This document shows, piece by piece, positions 38,757 through 51,762 of a DNA stretch of 62,695 bases. The stretch lies in NCBI GenBank assembly GCA_051942245.1, contig JAVECL010000072.1, forward strand, positions 1-62,695. Direction: 5' to 3'. Source of the DNA: Trypethelium eluteriae. Its lineage: Eukaryota. The notes under the pieces were generated by a model. That model did no database searches, was not told where the DNA came from, and was given only the letters and a program-made list of their open reading frames with translations. Position 1 is the stretch's first letter, and every line of letters begins with the position of its first letter. A program made the translations under genes and the position numbers.

Positions 38757-40575
38757 GGGAAAAATTAGCTGGGGAACCCCCTATTCAGATGGCAAGAGAA
38801 TGAGTGCACGGGTCCGATCGTGGATTTTAGATGGGGTGCTTTGGATTTCTGAGTTTTCGAACGGGCCTTTCTTTTCTTTTGTTCTTCTCATGGTCTTCCA
38901 TGGTGTGAATTCGGTTGGGCCACGCCCTGAAAAGGTGAAAAGATGACGACTCCGCATGTAATACTTTTTGCGAGCAATATCGAATATTGACGTTCTCAAA
39001 CTCTGCAAAAAATGTAACAGAGAACGACCTTCTTATATGATCCCAGAACGTCCGTCAAAGTAAAATCTCGCCAATGAAATACAAGCGATTCTGGTCGGGG
39101 TTTTTAGATTTGACATAGCTGCTAACGTCACTTAGACTTGCCTACCGCGATTCTGTGGCAAACTCTGACCGGGATGACCGTGACTCGTCTTTCACCATTC
39201 GAGCTCTAGAACAACTACTTTATCCTGATATCGCCGGTGCGATTGCATATTCACGCGTGGATTAGGGTGTCGACAAATAATATTGAATTACCTTTTTGCA
39301 ATATCGTTGAGCGCCGAGGCAGTGATGTTCACTCGATACGTATGTAAGGCTGACATCCTTTAGGCATCTTCCAGCGAATGCTATTCCAACGATAAGCACA
39401 GCATGATATAGAAAATTCCAACGATATGCGCAGCGAGATACAGAATACGTTAGCATCATACTCAATCCTTGATGGCCCCGGCACCCTGCGACGTCAAAAA
39501 TCTGGCACTGTCCAAACCATGGCGAATTGGCTCATAATAAGAGTGACGGAAACATAGCCATGGATCGTTCTAGCCCCACTGCATGGTCGAGCTGGAGTGT
39601 TACTCGCTTACTAGATGCAGTGGTAAACTGGTCACATTGAACCGGGATCTGATTAATTCAATCACCCAATGCGGATTGTGCACAAAAGAGAGAGAATAAG
39701 TGGTCTGTGCGCCTTCGTCCTCGGATCCCCGCGACCCCTAGCTACTTCTACTCTCCTTTTCGTGCCCAGATTGGTTGACAGTAAAGCTCCATTCTTGTCG
39801 CCTAGGTGCATATGCTTTGCTCCTTTGAAGGGGTAGTGTCTCTTGAACTACCTGCAGCCAGCCGATTCCTTGCATGACATTCTGGCACGTGGCCGAGGTT
39901 TCCATGTCGAAAATTATCGTCAAGATCAAACAGCCGCATATCAAACCCGATTCCTGGGTCCATGCTAAGAATAGCTTCTCAGGGTGAGATAGTACAAACT
40001 ACCTTACAGAGTTTGCGCGAGTCCAAGAACCTTCGGTTACACACAGACTGTAGCAGCGTGATTTGGCTACCTGGCTCCAACTGAGTCACTCACAAGAGCC
40101 ACCTTCAAATCCTGAGCTTGCCTTCGAGAAGATGTCTCAAGCTGCGCATTTTGATATTCAGCTCAAAGGTATTCTCGCTGTATTTGTCGGATCAAGGAGT
40201 ATCCTCTTGACTTTTCTTGGGCTATGCCAGTTGTGGGCGAGCAGCGTTACCTAAGGTCTCGACCACGCGCCGATCTTCATCCCCGAGGTCATGCACTATT
40301 GGCCGGAGGATGCATTTCGGTCAAAGAGAGCGATATCGAATTTACTTCCCGCTAAAGAACTAACCATTACTCTACTCCTCGCTGCCTTGGCAATCTAAGC
40401 TTCCAGCAGATGTTTTCTTATCACCAGGCTTCGAATGTTTCAGATCGGGAGCCTTCCTGCTTTGTCGGCCAACATCCCTGTATCTGGCCACAAACAATCG
40501 TTTCTGTCGTCCAACTGTAGTCTACAACAAAGACCTTCTACATTTCGGCCTTCATAGGTTCTCTCGAGAAGCGAT

Positions 40576-42678
40576 ATGGCAAGAAGAAAGCCGCCCAATT
40601 ATCCACAGCCGAGATTACACTATTCCCATAGCACTAGCGAATTGGCCTACTTCCTGAAGCACACCGGCCCAGAGACAAAGCTTGGTCTGAGAGGAACGCC
40701 TCCCAAGAAACCCGCGATTCGTGCGAGGTCAACTATCTCTTTCATCAGGCAGAGCTGCCGGCGTTCTTCTCCATCGGCATCTCCTAGATTGTACGTCTAA
40801 CCACTATATTCCCGAACTTGAAAGCCTACAAATACTGACTGAATCTTACATTCACACTCGTGAAGTAAGAGACTTCGCTTGTTGCACTGGATTTACTAAC
40901 ACCGCTCATCGTAGTAGAGGTAAATACAATGCTCGCTCTGTGCAAATCCAAGGCGCTGTCGAACGAGTCTCAAGAAATGGTAGGTCGAATCTCTATATCT
41001 ACATTGCATTCGCTTATTGAAGCAATAGGGAAGAGATACCTTGAGATTGATCCATCTTCATCAAGTTCGGCAAACGCAGTCCGGGATGACTGTAGTAGGT
41101 ATGCTGGTTCATATCGATTCTCCATATTGTGATATGACTCATCATCATTATAGATCTACAGTCAGTGCTTTTTCTCCTCATCTGGCAGAAAGCGATGTGG
41201 ATGACCTTGAAGATTGGTTTGCAAACCTGAGCGTTCATAGGCAGTCGCAGAGCACAATGAGAAGCCAGCAGGATACTCCAAGACTGAGCAAAGATGATGC
41301 TTCAGGGCAGAAGATTGTGTACGGCGGACTGGTCTCTGTCGACACGGATTTGCGCAGTCCTACTCGTGTGACAGAGTTAGGACTAACTCGAAATACCATT
41401 GAGACTTCATCGGAAAGTCCAACAATCTTTGCGCCGGCACCAATTCGACCGCGACAGACCCTAAGACCTCAAGAGCTATGGCAAGACGAGGGTGAGAAAC
41501 TACCTCGAGCTCCTAGCTCTACTCCATACGAACCAAATGTCGTTGCTAGAGCACCATCGGATTACGTATCCAACAACCGGTCATTAAACAATGCGAGCCA
41601 CCGGTCATGTAAATCTTTCGAGGAAGATCCGTCTACAATGCTACAATTTCCAAGTCCTTCCCCTCGACACTCGCTCCAAGGAAATACACCACAGGCTACG
41701 GAGATACTCACACCCATTACGACGTCATTTCCGATTCGCAATGAGGCTCGAGCGTCACCGACTGTCCGGTCTTCTCGTCGCAGAGATATGCAAATTCATG
41801 AGCGGAAGTTACGCGACCTCCAGCGTACTCGCCTGAATATTGGTGAAGTTTTGCAGCAGTCTATGGAAAGCGCAAAAGTTCCTTCATTAGATGATACCTC
41901 GGTCGTCGGAAGGACACAACCAATACCAGCTCCATCATCCAACACGACAGTGCCACGCCGCCCCAGATTTGTGGATACAAATCTTGTCAATGCAAGATCT
42001 AGCAATGAAACACTAGCAAGCTCTGAAAACGGTCCAGCCAATTCTACGTCGCTCATGGGACAACTTTCGCTTTCCCCTGTTATGCTGGTTGCTGAAGTGG
42101 TGCCGTTACCAAAAATTGTGCACAGTAGCAAAACCAGTCGACTTGCTTCACCAGAGCGACCTTCCACATCGAGTCCTGGTCCTGTTCCAGCCTGCTCTTG
42201 GAGAGCCGCTTCTTCCGATGCCATATGCGATGCTCATGTATTTCTCGGTGCAGAGGATAGTACTCAAGGTTCGGGGGCAGAAAAGAAGTTGGCTCGGCAA
42301 CACGCATCGAGTCATTGTTCAGCATCATCTCGGAATGCAGATGCCGGACCGTTGGCAAATTCAACTGCCATCAGAGCCACTGTGTCCACCAAGACCGTTC
42401 CACCAAGTTGCAATACGTTCAATATCCGCCCGAGGAGCCTATCATCGCTCCCAAGCGCTAACCCTCCAAGCACTTGCGCCTGTCTTCTTCCCACAGAGAT
42501 CAGTTCCCCACGGGCTTCCCAACGAAATTTTATTGTTCCAGCCGGGCTCTCAATAACGTCACAAAAAGACCAAGAAGCTGGTTTTAATTCAAGACTCGAC
42601 GCGTTAGAGCGACAAAATAGATTGTTACGGGAAGCATTGATGGCAGTGCTGAGAGTAGACGGAGGTGTCCAGAGCTAG
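40576..42678 (+). CDS. Hypothetical Ser/Pro-rich protein with C-terminal coiled coil, multi-exon
   Basis: Exon 1 has an ELAYFLKHTGP motif. Short GT-AG introns lie at 40790-41150. The long last exon ends RLDALERQNRLLREALMAVLR. Exact exon borders are uncertain. Confidence 0.6.
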
Positions 42679-42847
42679 TGAGCACCACGTCAGATTCGCA
42701 CATGTCAATTACTGTATCATTTACATGCGATTTCAGTATCTTAATGTCAATTTCTAATAGCAAATCATCCTACCTAGGAGGTTTCATCAATCGCCACTGC
42801 CCCAAAAATCCTGAGGAGACCATTATTATACCATCATTACACTCCCT

Positions 42848-45062
42848 TCACCACCCCGGCGCCACCGCCTTCTCAATGCCAAATCGTTGACTCAACACCA
42901 CCCACTGTGCCACCGTAAATACATAGCGCATCGCATTTGGATCCCCCTCACCCGCAAACGCCGCCTCGAACCTCCGCTCCACCATCTCTCCATCCAAAAA
43001 CCCCAACTGCTCCACATTCTCACGCGTCACCAGCTCTTCGAGCATCGCATGCAGAGGACCCCCACGCTTATATAGGATCGGCGCGGAGAAAGGATGCTTC
43101 TTGCGGCTGTACAGCTCGTCAGAGATAAACGGCGTCGCCGCCTCGCGCAGGATCCACTTCTCCGTCAGCCGGTTCGTCTGCGGGTCATACTTGATCTTGA
43201 CGGACGGCGGGAGATGGTTGACGTATTCGGTGAGGTGGTGGTCGAGGAACGGAGGCCGGCCCTCGACCGAGTGCGCCATCTCCATGCGGTCGCCCATACA
43301 CGTCAGGATCAGGTTCGGCAGGATCGACTTCGTCCAGATGTACTGCGAGGTGTGCAGCGGGTGCCACGTGTTCTGGATGAGGTTCACAGTGGCGATGTCC
43401 GGGTTGTGAGCGCGCATCTCTTGCCGGTCGAGGGTGCCGTAGCAGGAGGTCCAGGGGGCAAAGTCCGCCATGGTGACGGTCCAGAGGAGGGAGCTGATTG
43501 AGGTGTTGTTTAGGAGGCTGTGAGCGAGTGGGGAAGAAGTTTGGGTAAATTCCGAGGATGTTCCTTCGTATCCGGCTTTGGAACTGGCTTCGAGACCAGC
43601 TGTCAGTCGTGCGCGTCTGTTTTCATCTAACTGGTATGTCGTGTATGTTTCGTCTGGCTCGCGAAGGAAGTCGGGGTGAAATTGCCAATATCCGCCAAAG
43701 TGCTCGTCTGAGCCTTCTCCTGAGAGGATGACCTTGACGCCATGGTCATGGGCCAGTTTGGACAGTGCGAATTTGCCGATATAATTCAGATCGGGATTGT
43801 GATGTTCGCTGGAGTACGTGGCGTCGGAAAAGTTTTCGGCGAACTTGGCCTCATTCATACGATCTGTTATGAGTTCCAAACCAAGCATATCAGCTGTGCG
43901 CTGTGCGATAGCTGGGAGCAATTAGCAAGAATAACGTCTGTAGAGACCGATGGAGTGGCTGTGATGGACTTACGGCCTTCATCAAACCTTGTTTCCTCTT
44001 CAAATCCGATGCAAAAACACTTCAACCGCTTTTTGATCTCGGCTGGATCAAGACCAGACTTGCGGGACCATCCTTCAACGGCGAGAGTTGCCATGCCACA
44101 AATCGTAGCCGAGTCAATACCGCCACTAAGGTAGAAGCCAACTGGTACATCCGCATGCAAGCGCAATTCAATAGCCTCGATCAATTTATTCCGCACCTCT
44201 GTGACCATCTCGTCCTCAGTACGCTTATCGGGCGTGTGTCGATCTGGGTACGTAAGATCCCAGTACTTTCGGCGTTCAGTGTGTTCGCTAAAGGAGTCGC
44301 AGGTCAGGTAATACCCGGGACGGATCTAATGGCATTAGTTCATGAGAGGACCATTTGTCAATTCAGTGAAGTCTCTTTTTACCTTTTGGACGCCGTGAAA
44401 TATTGTCTTTTCGCTATGTAGCCAACTATCGTCAATAAGACTCCTTACATCCCACTTCGGATTCCAATCAAAGGGCAAAAAACCCTTTGCCTCGGAGCAG
44501 AAGAGCAGGCGATGATCTACGACAGTCCAGAACAGTGGCTTGATTCCATATCGATCTCGCGCTGCCAAGAAAACTTGGCGCTCGGAATCGTATAGACAGA
44601 CGGCAAACTCGCCACGAAGTTTGGAGAGAAAGTCTTGTCCATACTTCCGATACAGGGCAACAACGACCTCGCAGTCGCTGTGGCCCTTGAAGGTATGAAA
44701 CTTCTTTAGCGTTTCGCGCTCTTCGGACGACATGTAAATTTCCCCGTTGATGACTGCGTGTACGCCATGTTCGCTATGGAAAGGTTGCTCGCCAGACTGA
44801 GAAAGGTCATTGATGGCTAGCCGGTTGGAACCAAGAGCTGCAAAGAAAACGCATATGTCAGCTGAAGGATTTTTGAAGGATAGTTTGAGCACTCACCAAC
44901 ACGATTATCGTCACTGATCCAAATGCCATGTGCGTCCGGGCCTCTGTGATAGATGTTTGAGAGGCTGCCTTGGATCTCATGTCCCAATCTGCTTCGATAC
45001 TGGGAGTTCAAAGTAGACTGGGCAACATGATCCAGAGCAACGACTGCAGTAATGCCACACAT
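42848..45062 (-). CDS. Asparagine synthetase B-like Ntn glutamine amidotransferase (secondary-metabolism type), 4 exons
   Basis: MCGI N-terminal nucleophile, HRGPD, NGEIY, RDRYGIKPL, LSGGIDS, SGEGSDEHFGGY, DRMEMAHSVEGRPPFLDH. Introns 44896-44838, 44382-44326 and 43973-43912. Confidence 0.92.
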
Positions 45063-45357
45063 TGCTAATTGGAATCGTCAGGGCTCTGTGCAATTTCCAG
45101 CGCTCCACTTCGAGCGAGTTATGTGGTGTAGCTAGAGCAGGCAGAGGAAGGGTGGAGGGGAAGGGAGTAGCGAACGCGTAGAAGGTAGTGTTAGAAAGTG
45201 AATGAAGAAGGAAGTGAATAAAGACAGTGTCTAAGCGCAGAAGACACTGAAGCGTTAGTGACCACGTGGTTGGCTAGATCATGCACACCAGGTAGGTAAG
45301 GACCCTCATCGTTACCGGGTTTCGCTTTTGATGAGTCTACCTTACATGTGAGGTATC

Positions 45358-45428
45358 CCGTGCACTTCGTCAAGCCCCAGTTAGGTACCCCTTACGCCTA
45401 CCTAACTGGGGCTTGACGAAGTGCACGG
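45358..45428. repeat. Perfect 30-bp inverted repeat with 11-nt loop
   Basis: CCGTGCACTTCGTCAAGCCCCAGTTAGGTA (45358-45387), loop CCCCTTACGCC, TACCTAACTGGGGCTTGACGAAGTGCACGG (45399-45428). Confidence 0.95.
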
Positions 45429-45953
45429 AAACTGCGAATAGCGGAGTCGCGGAGATCGACATTATATGAAGAAGTTACAAATGACACCTCATTTACTGAC
45501 AGTCAAAATGACTTGGGCAGAATTGTTCTTGAATCTGACTGAGCTCAATGAAAGGAAAGAGCGTCTGAGTATTGAACACTACTTACTGGCTTACTTCTTG
45601 CAAGAGAAAGAGAAGAACCAAGACTCTTTGTCTCTGGAAAAATTGTGCAACGATGCGAGTGATCCCCATACTTGGACATAACACATGCAGCAAACCCACT
45701 AGGTGGGTACTCGTCACCTGGCGAGCAAATAAAGCTGGTGACACTCAAGCATCCAATAGGCCTAGCTCATTTTAATGTGGGGGATCAATCATACATCTCT
45801 TATTCGAAAGAATATGGATGAACTGCTCCCAAAGTCATTCCTTTGACTGGCCGGACTTTGTCAATATAGGCTGAAGGAACTGCGGGCGTCTCTTAACCTA
45901 CGGAGATTAAAACTTCGCAACAGCCATAGCGAGTCTGTACCATCGGACCATAT

Positions 45954-47724
45954 CTACGTAGGAACGTATTTGCTCAACTTCCGAATGCGTGCGCCAAATT
46001 TGTAGAACACCAGCGGCACCGGCGCAAGTACGACTCCGATTAACCCGAGCAGGCTCGTCGCCCATTTGACGCCAAGGGCACGGTACATAGCGGAGCTGAC
46101 CTGATGTTAGAGGTGAAACGCAGGCCTCATACTAATTTTAACTTACGCAAATAGTGGAAAGCCTGCGGCAAATAAAGACCGTAGACACGTGTTCGCCGCA
46201 ATGGCTGAGTTGGCGTTGATGCCATAGCAATCAATGATATAGTTGAGGCCTTGCATATTGATGAGGATGATGCCGAACCCCATCGGTATTCCGGCTACAA
46301 TTTGTGGCCAAGGGTTCAGAGCAGGAGAGCTGGTCCAAGCGAACCAAAACATTCCTACGGGTAGGAGAACGGCGCCAAGCATCATCAGTAAAAGCCGGGT
46401 TTCCTGGGGGCGGCCTTCCTGCGGATTAGGGGCCAGGCGAGTTCTGGTCGTGAAGGCGATTAAAGCTCCTCCTCCAACAACGCCAATAAGGATAGAGAAG
46501 AGCGGAAGACCGGCTTGAGTGGGCTGCCAGCCACGTTCAAGTGCAAAGGACATTGGGTAAGCGAGAAAAAAGAGATAGGTAAGACCTTATCACCACATTA
46601 GTTCGCGTTGACACAAAGGCGTTGCCTGAATCTGGCAACCTACCAAAGACAAATGACATATATATGGAAATGAGAAGCAATATTGGCTCGAGTATAAGCA
46701 TCTTTGCTGGTCGCTGGAGATACCTGTCCGTCAGATCCTCGAGGTTCGTTTCAGTCTCTTCAAATTTAGCGCGTAGAGCCCAATTACGGGTCATATGTCT
46801 CAGACGCTTCGCTCGACGCGAGAGCAGGATCGGCGTATATCCCTCGGTCATTGCTGGGAACGTAATTGCTGCGATCGCGAGTGACATAATTGCTGTAACA
46901 TACTCTATCCTGCCGCACTGTTAGTCTGAGTCGGAGGAGACTTGGTAGTTCAGATCCTCACCATCTCCATCCAAGAGGACTTTGAACGATCATTGATCCG
47001 ACCTAGTCACCCAGTTAGCTGAGGAAGTGGGAGGCTAGAGGACATGGATTAGCCTTACAATCGGACCAAGTACTGGACCAATCATCAGAAATGCAGCGAC
47101 GCAGGGCACCGCAAAGCCCCGCTCTCTTGGATTCCAGATATCTGCTAAAGCGCCGCCAATGATTGACGAAGGTGCAGACCCGGCTACGCCTTGTAGGAAC
47201 CGAAAGACGAGGATAGTCGGCAGGTTTGTTGCGATAGCGACAGGAATTTGAAGGATGATAAAGATAACGTAACCAACGAACAGAGGTCTTTTCCGTCCGA
47301 AGCGCTCACTGAGCGGTCTATGTGCCTGATGAGTGAGCGCTTCCTAATAAGCTAAACGACGTGCTCACCCAAACATTGTAGGACCGACAGCGAATCCAAC
47401 CATGAACAACGAAGTTGCGAGTACAGTGACCTCGACGCTAACGGAAAATTCTGCCGCTGTTGCCCTAGTAGCAGCACTGAATACGGAGGATGCGAATGTC
47501 GTAGAGAGAACATGCAAGGCCATGGACATAGTGATAGCCCATTTACGCCATCGAGGAAGGTTTTGAGGATGTCCTGGGTCATCCAGACCATACCAGTCAA
47601 CTACAAAGGCATCGCTCTTGATTTTCTCGATAACCTTTTCCTCGAACGCATTTTCGTCTTGAGAATCGATATCTACAATAGGCGGTACTCCATGTCCTTT
47701 ACCGTTGGCGGTAACAGAATTCAT
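45954..47724 (-). CDS. MFS drug:H+ antiporter (DHA1/Tpo1-like), 6 exons
   Basis: [80 protein letters not shown]. Five GT-AG introns. Confidence 0.93.
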
Positions 47725-49452
47725 GTTATCAATAGCTATGGCAAGTGAAGCTCACAGAGACCAATACAAGAATAAATTTATTCTTAGAGACAAAGAACGT
47801 GACATACTGAAGAGTCTGGACGGAGTCAGGTCTATATGGTACGGGGAATGATTCGGTGACCGAGTGTCTATCTTCGCCGGTACCTTTCTTCAGAGACATC
47901 CATTATGATGACTTCGCACGCGTATCGGATGATTGACGACTTCTCATTCGCGAATACTCCGCTATGAACTTCATGACCTGGTCGCATGTGCTTAACGCAA
48001 GGTGTTGGAAGGTCGGGGGCTCCGTTGAACAGGAACCATTGAACGGTATCCAAGAATCACTTGCATCGCTTTTCGCCGAAATCGCCCTACTCTCTCTCGT
48101 TGAAATGCGAGTGAATCGCACTAGCTTTGAGGAACGGTAGAAAACAAAAAGCGAGTTCAACGAGGGGCTCACCTGAGTTGTATACTTGCAAACTCGGTGC
48201 TCAGGCGGCACACAGAAAGGAGCACGGAGATGGAGAGACTCGGAAGAAAGGTTTATCCATTTCCGAGGCGACTTCCAACCCCGATCATCTCCTGAATCTT
48301 CTTTAACCTTGCCCTTGCCATGTAAATGCTAACTTCTCTCAGCAACGTAGCAGGCTCGAACTCGTTACCGAGCGCAAATGAACAGGAATAAGATTCGTGG
48401 CCATTCTCTTCGTGTATCGACACCCCATTTGCAAATGTCTCTGTTATATTCATACTTAGACTGTCATTTTCCGGGTTCTCAAATAAAGCTTTAATTAAGT
48501 TCCAATTTCGGGACAACGGTCAGCAATTAATCTACCAATCGTGCATCCGATGGACAACTGTCTGTATTCGCGCATCAGTCGTTGGGCGACATCTATAAAC
48601 CGTTGTCTTGGTACGATTCGAGACCATTTTGACGGGAAGGATGTACGCGAAAGGTACGAACGGATATCTGCCGGCCTTTTCAGTCCTTTGTACTTAGTAA
48701 TCCGAACCAGAAGAATTTTTGAATACAGATTATGTTGCTCCCAGTTGGTTGAGAAATGCAATGATGGTGAGAAAAGCTACTTACACGCCTTGTGCTCTCT
48801 CGTCAATCTTCTCAAATGTCCTCTTTCGAAGATATAGTGGCTACACCTTCAATCCTTATGTCGCCTATTTCAATGACAGTGTGTAAACTGGCTCAATCAC
48901 ATCTCATAGTTCGATGGAATCTTTCATCTCCCAAATATGGTTGGGGAGAGGGAAGGCGCACATCTGTTCTCTTGTAGACAAGTGAATGCAGCTGTCGCGC
49001 ATGCGTTCTTTGACACCCTTGTTACTCCCAGGCTACAGTATCGAGCAGAGCATGACCTTGGATTCTGATCGAAGTAACTCTAGCTAACCCAAAGATGCCG
49101 ATTCTGAACTTTGTAAGCATGAAGGGCGCGATACAAAGCTATCAAGTTCTCAACGGCTAAGAAGTAGTAACGAATATCCATCAAAGGCCATTACTTCGGC
49201 TTCCGACTCCATCCTACTGGACAAAAACTAGCGGTGCAAGCCTTTCCACGCAACGTCTTACCAAAGCCCTCACGAGCAAACACATTCTGCTGGCCCATGC
49301 TCATTACCATCATTTTTGAATACAGTCAAGTGAATTCGCGCACTCTCCGGCCAGCTTCCAAACACTTTATCTCTGTGACTTTCAGTGAATGACTGTCACG
49401 AACCTGCACCTACAATTTTCAGTACCAAGCGCATATCGTATTTTCAACAAAC

Positions 49453-50856
49453 ATGTCAGCAGCAAACCTCGGCGGAGATGGCGGTGATGGATTCCCCGAA
49501 TTTAATGATGGTAACGTTATCATTATCATTGCCGCGGGCTACCAGTTCAAGCTACATCTTGATCATCTGAAGCGCTCCGCAGAACGCTTTAGGAAACTTT
49601 TCGCCGAAGGTGCAGCTTCCGCGAACCAGTCCGAAGCGGTCTATGGCAAACTTTCAAGAATTACTGCAGTGGACGAAGCGCCAGCTGCACCGCCACCACG
49701 AAAGAAAGCAAAGAAGGCCGACGCCACTCACTATCTCGTTCTCCAAGGAGTCGACGAACGCGATCTTGACACCAATTGTGGTGTTCTCGTTCCAACAGTA
49801 AGTCTCAGCATCACAGTCTGGCAACTTGCCACTGACAATTGCCCTGTCGAGCAGAACAAGGATGCCATTATCCAAAATCCAATGATCGCTGGTAATCTCA
49901 ATGCAAAAATCGAACAACGCTACATCCGCCTCTGGCGAAACGTGTTGGGTGCACTTTACCATGCTGACATGACTCTTGACCAGACCGATCTGGCAACCCT
50001 AATTAAGGATTCTGTTGGGATGGTTTCCATCGCGAGATATCTCGGCTGCCTCCCGGTCGTCTCGTATCGCATCGAGCATGCCCTAATCAGCCAAGGTGAC
50101 ACGCTCTGGAAATCCATCCTCAACAATCCCGTCGCTTGGATGGACCTCGCCTGGAGGGTCGGCGCCAGGGACATCTTCAAAGAATGCCTGATTCACCTCG
50201 CCGGAATATTCCATCGCCTCACCGCCGACGAAAAGCGCAGCATCCCGTACGAAGTCTTCTCGAAAGTCGAAGAGAAAGCCCAGCTCCTCGAAAGATACAA
50301 AGCCAGCGTCGATTTTCGTCTCGCGAGCTGGATCTCTCCGGACCTGAAACCTGGACCAATCCCTCCCGGCGGCAAAGTCGGTCAAGATCATGGACGCACG
50401 GCGTACGCCGACCAGATCTATATGTGGATCGCCCAACACCTCTTTGACCATTTCCTCAAGTTTGCGTTCCAGAATGGTGATAATCGTGGGGCGCCGGACG
50501 GTGGATTCCACTTCTACCAGACCATCTATCGCGGCGGAGATGCATATCTCAAGAAGTCGGATCAGGATCGATTTCATCAAGGGGACTGTCCCATGACGCC
50601 TAAGGCACAGCGGGTGCTGTTCAATGCCATTGCGGATTTGAAGATTCAAGCCAAGGAGGTGGTGAGACCGCTGTTTACGAACGCGGCAAAGATAGACAGA
50701 GAAAAAGAGAAACTTTTACATTTCACCTGTGTGCCAGTGACAGATGAGGAGTTGGAATGGCTGCATATTATGAAGGGTATAAAGAAGGGTAAGAGTAGGG
50801 GTGAGGGGGAGGGGGAGGAAGAGGAGAGCGATGAATCTGAACACGCGGTGGCATAA
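49453..50856 (+). CDS. Fungal BTB/POZ-like domain protein
   Basis: FPEFNDGNVIIII..QFKLHLDHLKRSAERF; VSIARYLGCLPVV; IFKECLIHLAG. Probable in-frame 57-nt intron 49798-49854. Confidence 0.75.
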   Translation: MSAANLGGDGGDGFPEFNDGNVIIIIAAGYQFKLHLDHLKRSAERFRKLFAEGAASANQSEAVYGKLSRITAVDEAPAAPPPRKKAKKADATHYLVLQGVDERDLDTNCGVLVPTVSLSITVWQLATDNCPVEQNKDAIIQNPMIAGNLNAKIEQRYIRLWRNVLGALYHADMTLDQTDLATLIKDSVGMVSIARYLGCLPVVSYRIEHALISQGDTLWKSILNNPVAWMDLAWRVGARDIFKECLIHLAGIFHRLTADEKRSIPYEVFSKVEEKAQLLERYKASVDFRLASWISPDLKPGPIPPGGKVGQDHGRTAYADQIYMWIAQHLFDHFLKFAFQNGDNRGAPDGGFHFYQTIYRGGDAYLKKSDQDRFHQGDCPMTPKAQRVLFNAIADLKIQAKEVVRPLFTNAAKIDREKEKLLHFTCVPVTDEELEWLHIMKGIKKGKSRGEGEGEEEESDESEHAVA

Positions 50857-51128
50857 CGAATTCCCGAAGGTGCATGACGAAATTTGCTTCTCGTCGCTGA
50901 GGTGCGCCGCAAAGCGTACACTGAGTGCAACGGCATTGAGTCTTCCATTAGCTTACACAACTTAGTACGACGAAATGACATTTTTGGATTGGTCGAGGTT
51001 GCGCTTAGAGCTTTCATGATCATTCCTGTTGATAACACTGTCATATTTTGGAGAGTACCATCAATGCAAAGTTTCCATTAACTGACGGGACAAAACGCTT
51101 CGATAATACAAGCAAGCAGAAGCACTAT

Positions 51129-51424
51129 CTAATCGTCATATCCCTCTGGTACCTTTCTTGGGCCCGGTGGTACTATCGATGGCACATGTCAGTCCCTAAT
51201 CTTCCTCATTTTATTTGCCTTCTCAACGCCTGGCACTTACTTGGATATGTGAGTGGTATCTGCGGTCTATCAAGGTCTCCGAAACGATGCCGAAGTGGAG
51301 GAACAACCGCGAGAACGACTGGGCCGAGAGCACCGACTATGCACGAGTAGTAGATAGCTGGTTTTTCGTGCGCCGCCCATCGCATGTAACGAATAGGTGT
51401 GCGGAAAAAGTATGGAGCGGACAT
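51129..51424 (-). CDS. NADH:ubiquinone oxidoreductase 9.5 kDa subunit (NI9M/NDUFA3-like), 2 exons
   Basis: MSAPYFFRTPIRYMRWAAHEKPAIYYS..RPQIPLTYP|IPPGPRKVPEGYDD*. Intron 51240-51173. Confidence 0.92.
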
Positions 51425-51762
51425 GGTCGATACAGAGAGTGACGCGAATTGGACGGTTGTGTTGTGGTTGTTGCTAAGAGCTATCATCTTATGAGCTCGT
51501 TATCAATATGTGTAAGATGGCATGATAACTTACCTCAATGGCCCCAAAATACCGGGAACAGGCAACCAGACCGTTGCAATAGCGCCTGAGCTGTCACAGG
51601 CACTCTGGTCAATTGTGAATTGAGGTTCCTTCTACCCCAGCCGCCGCGGCGGAGATTTTGTCCTCCGCGGATGGGACCCTTGTGAAGTCTTGGCAACACC
51701 ATACGTTGCAAGAGCTCCACCAGCTTCAAAGCTCCAATTGAGCTCAACACTACACCGTCCCG

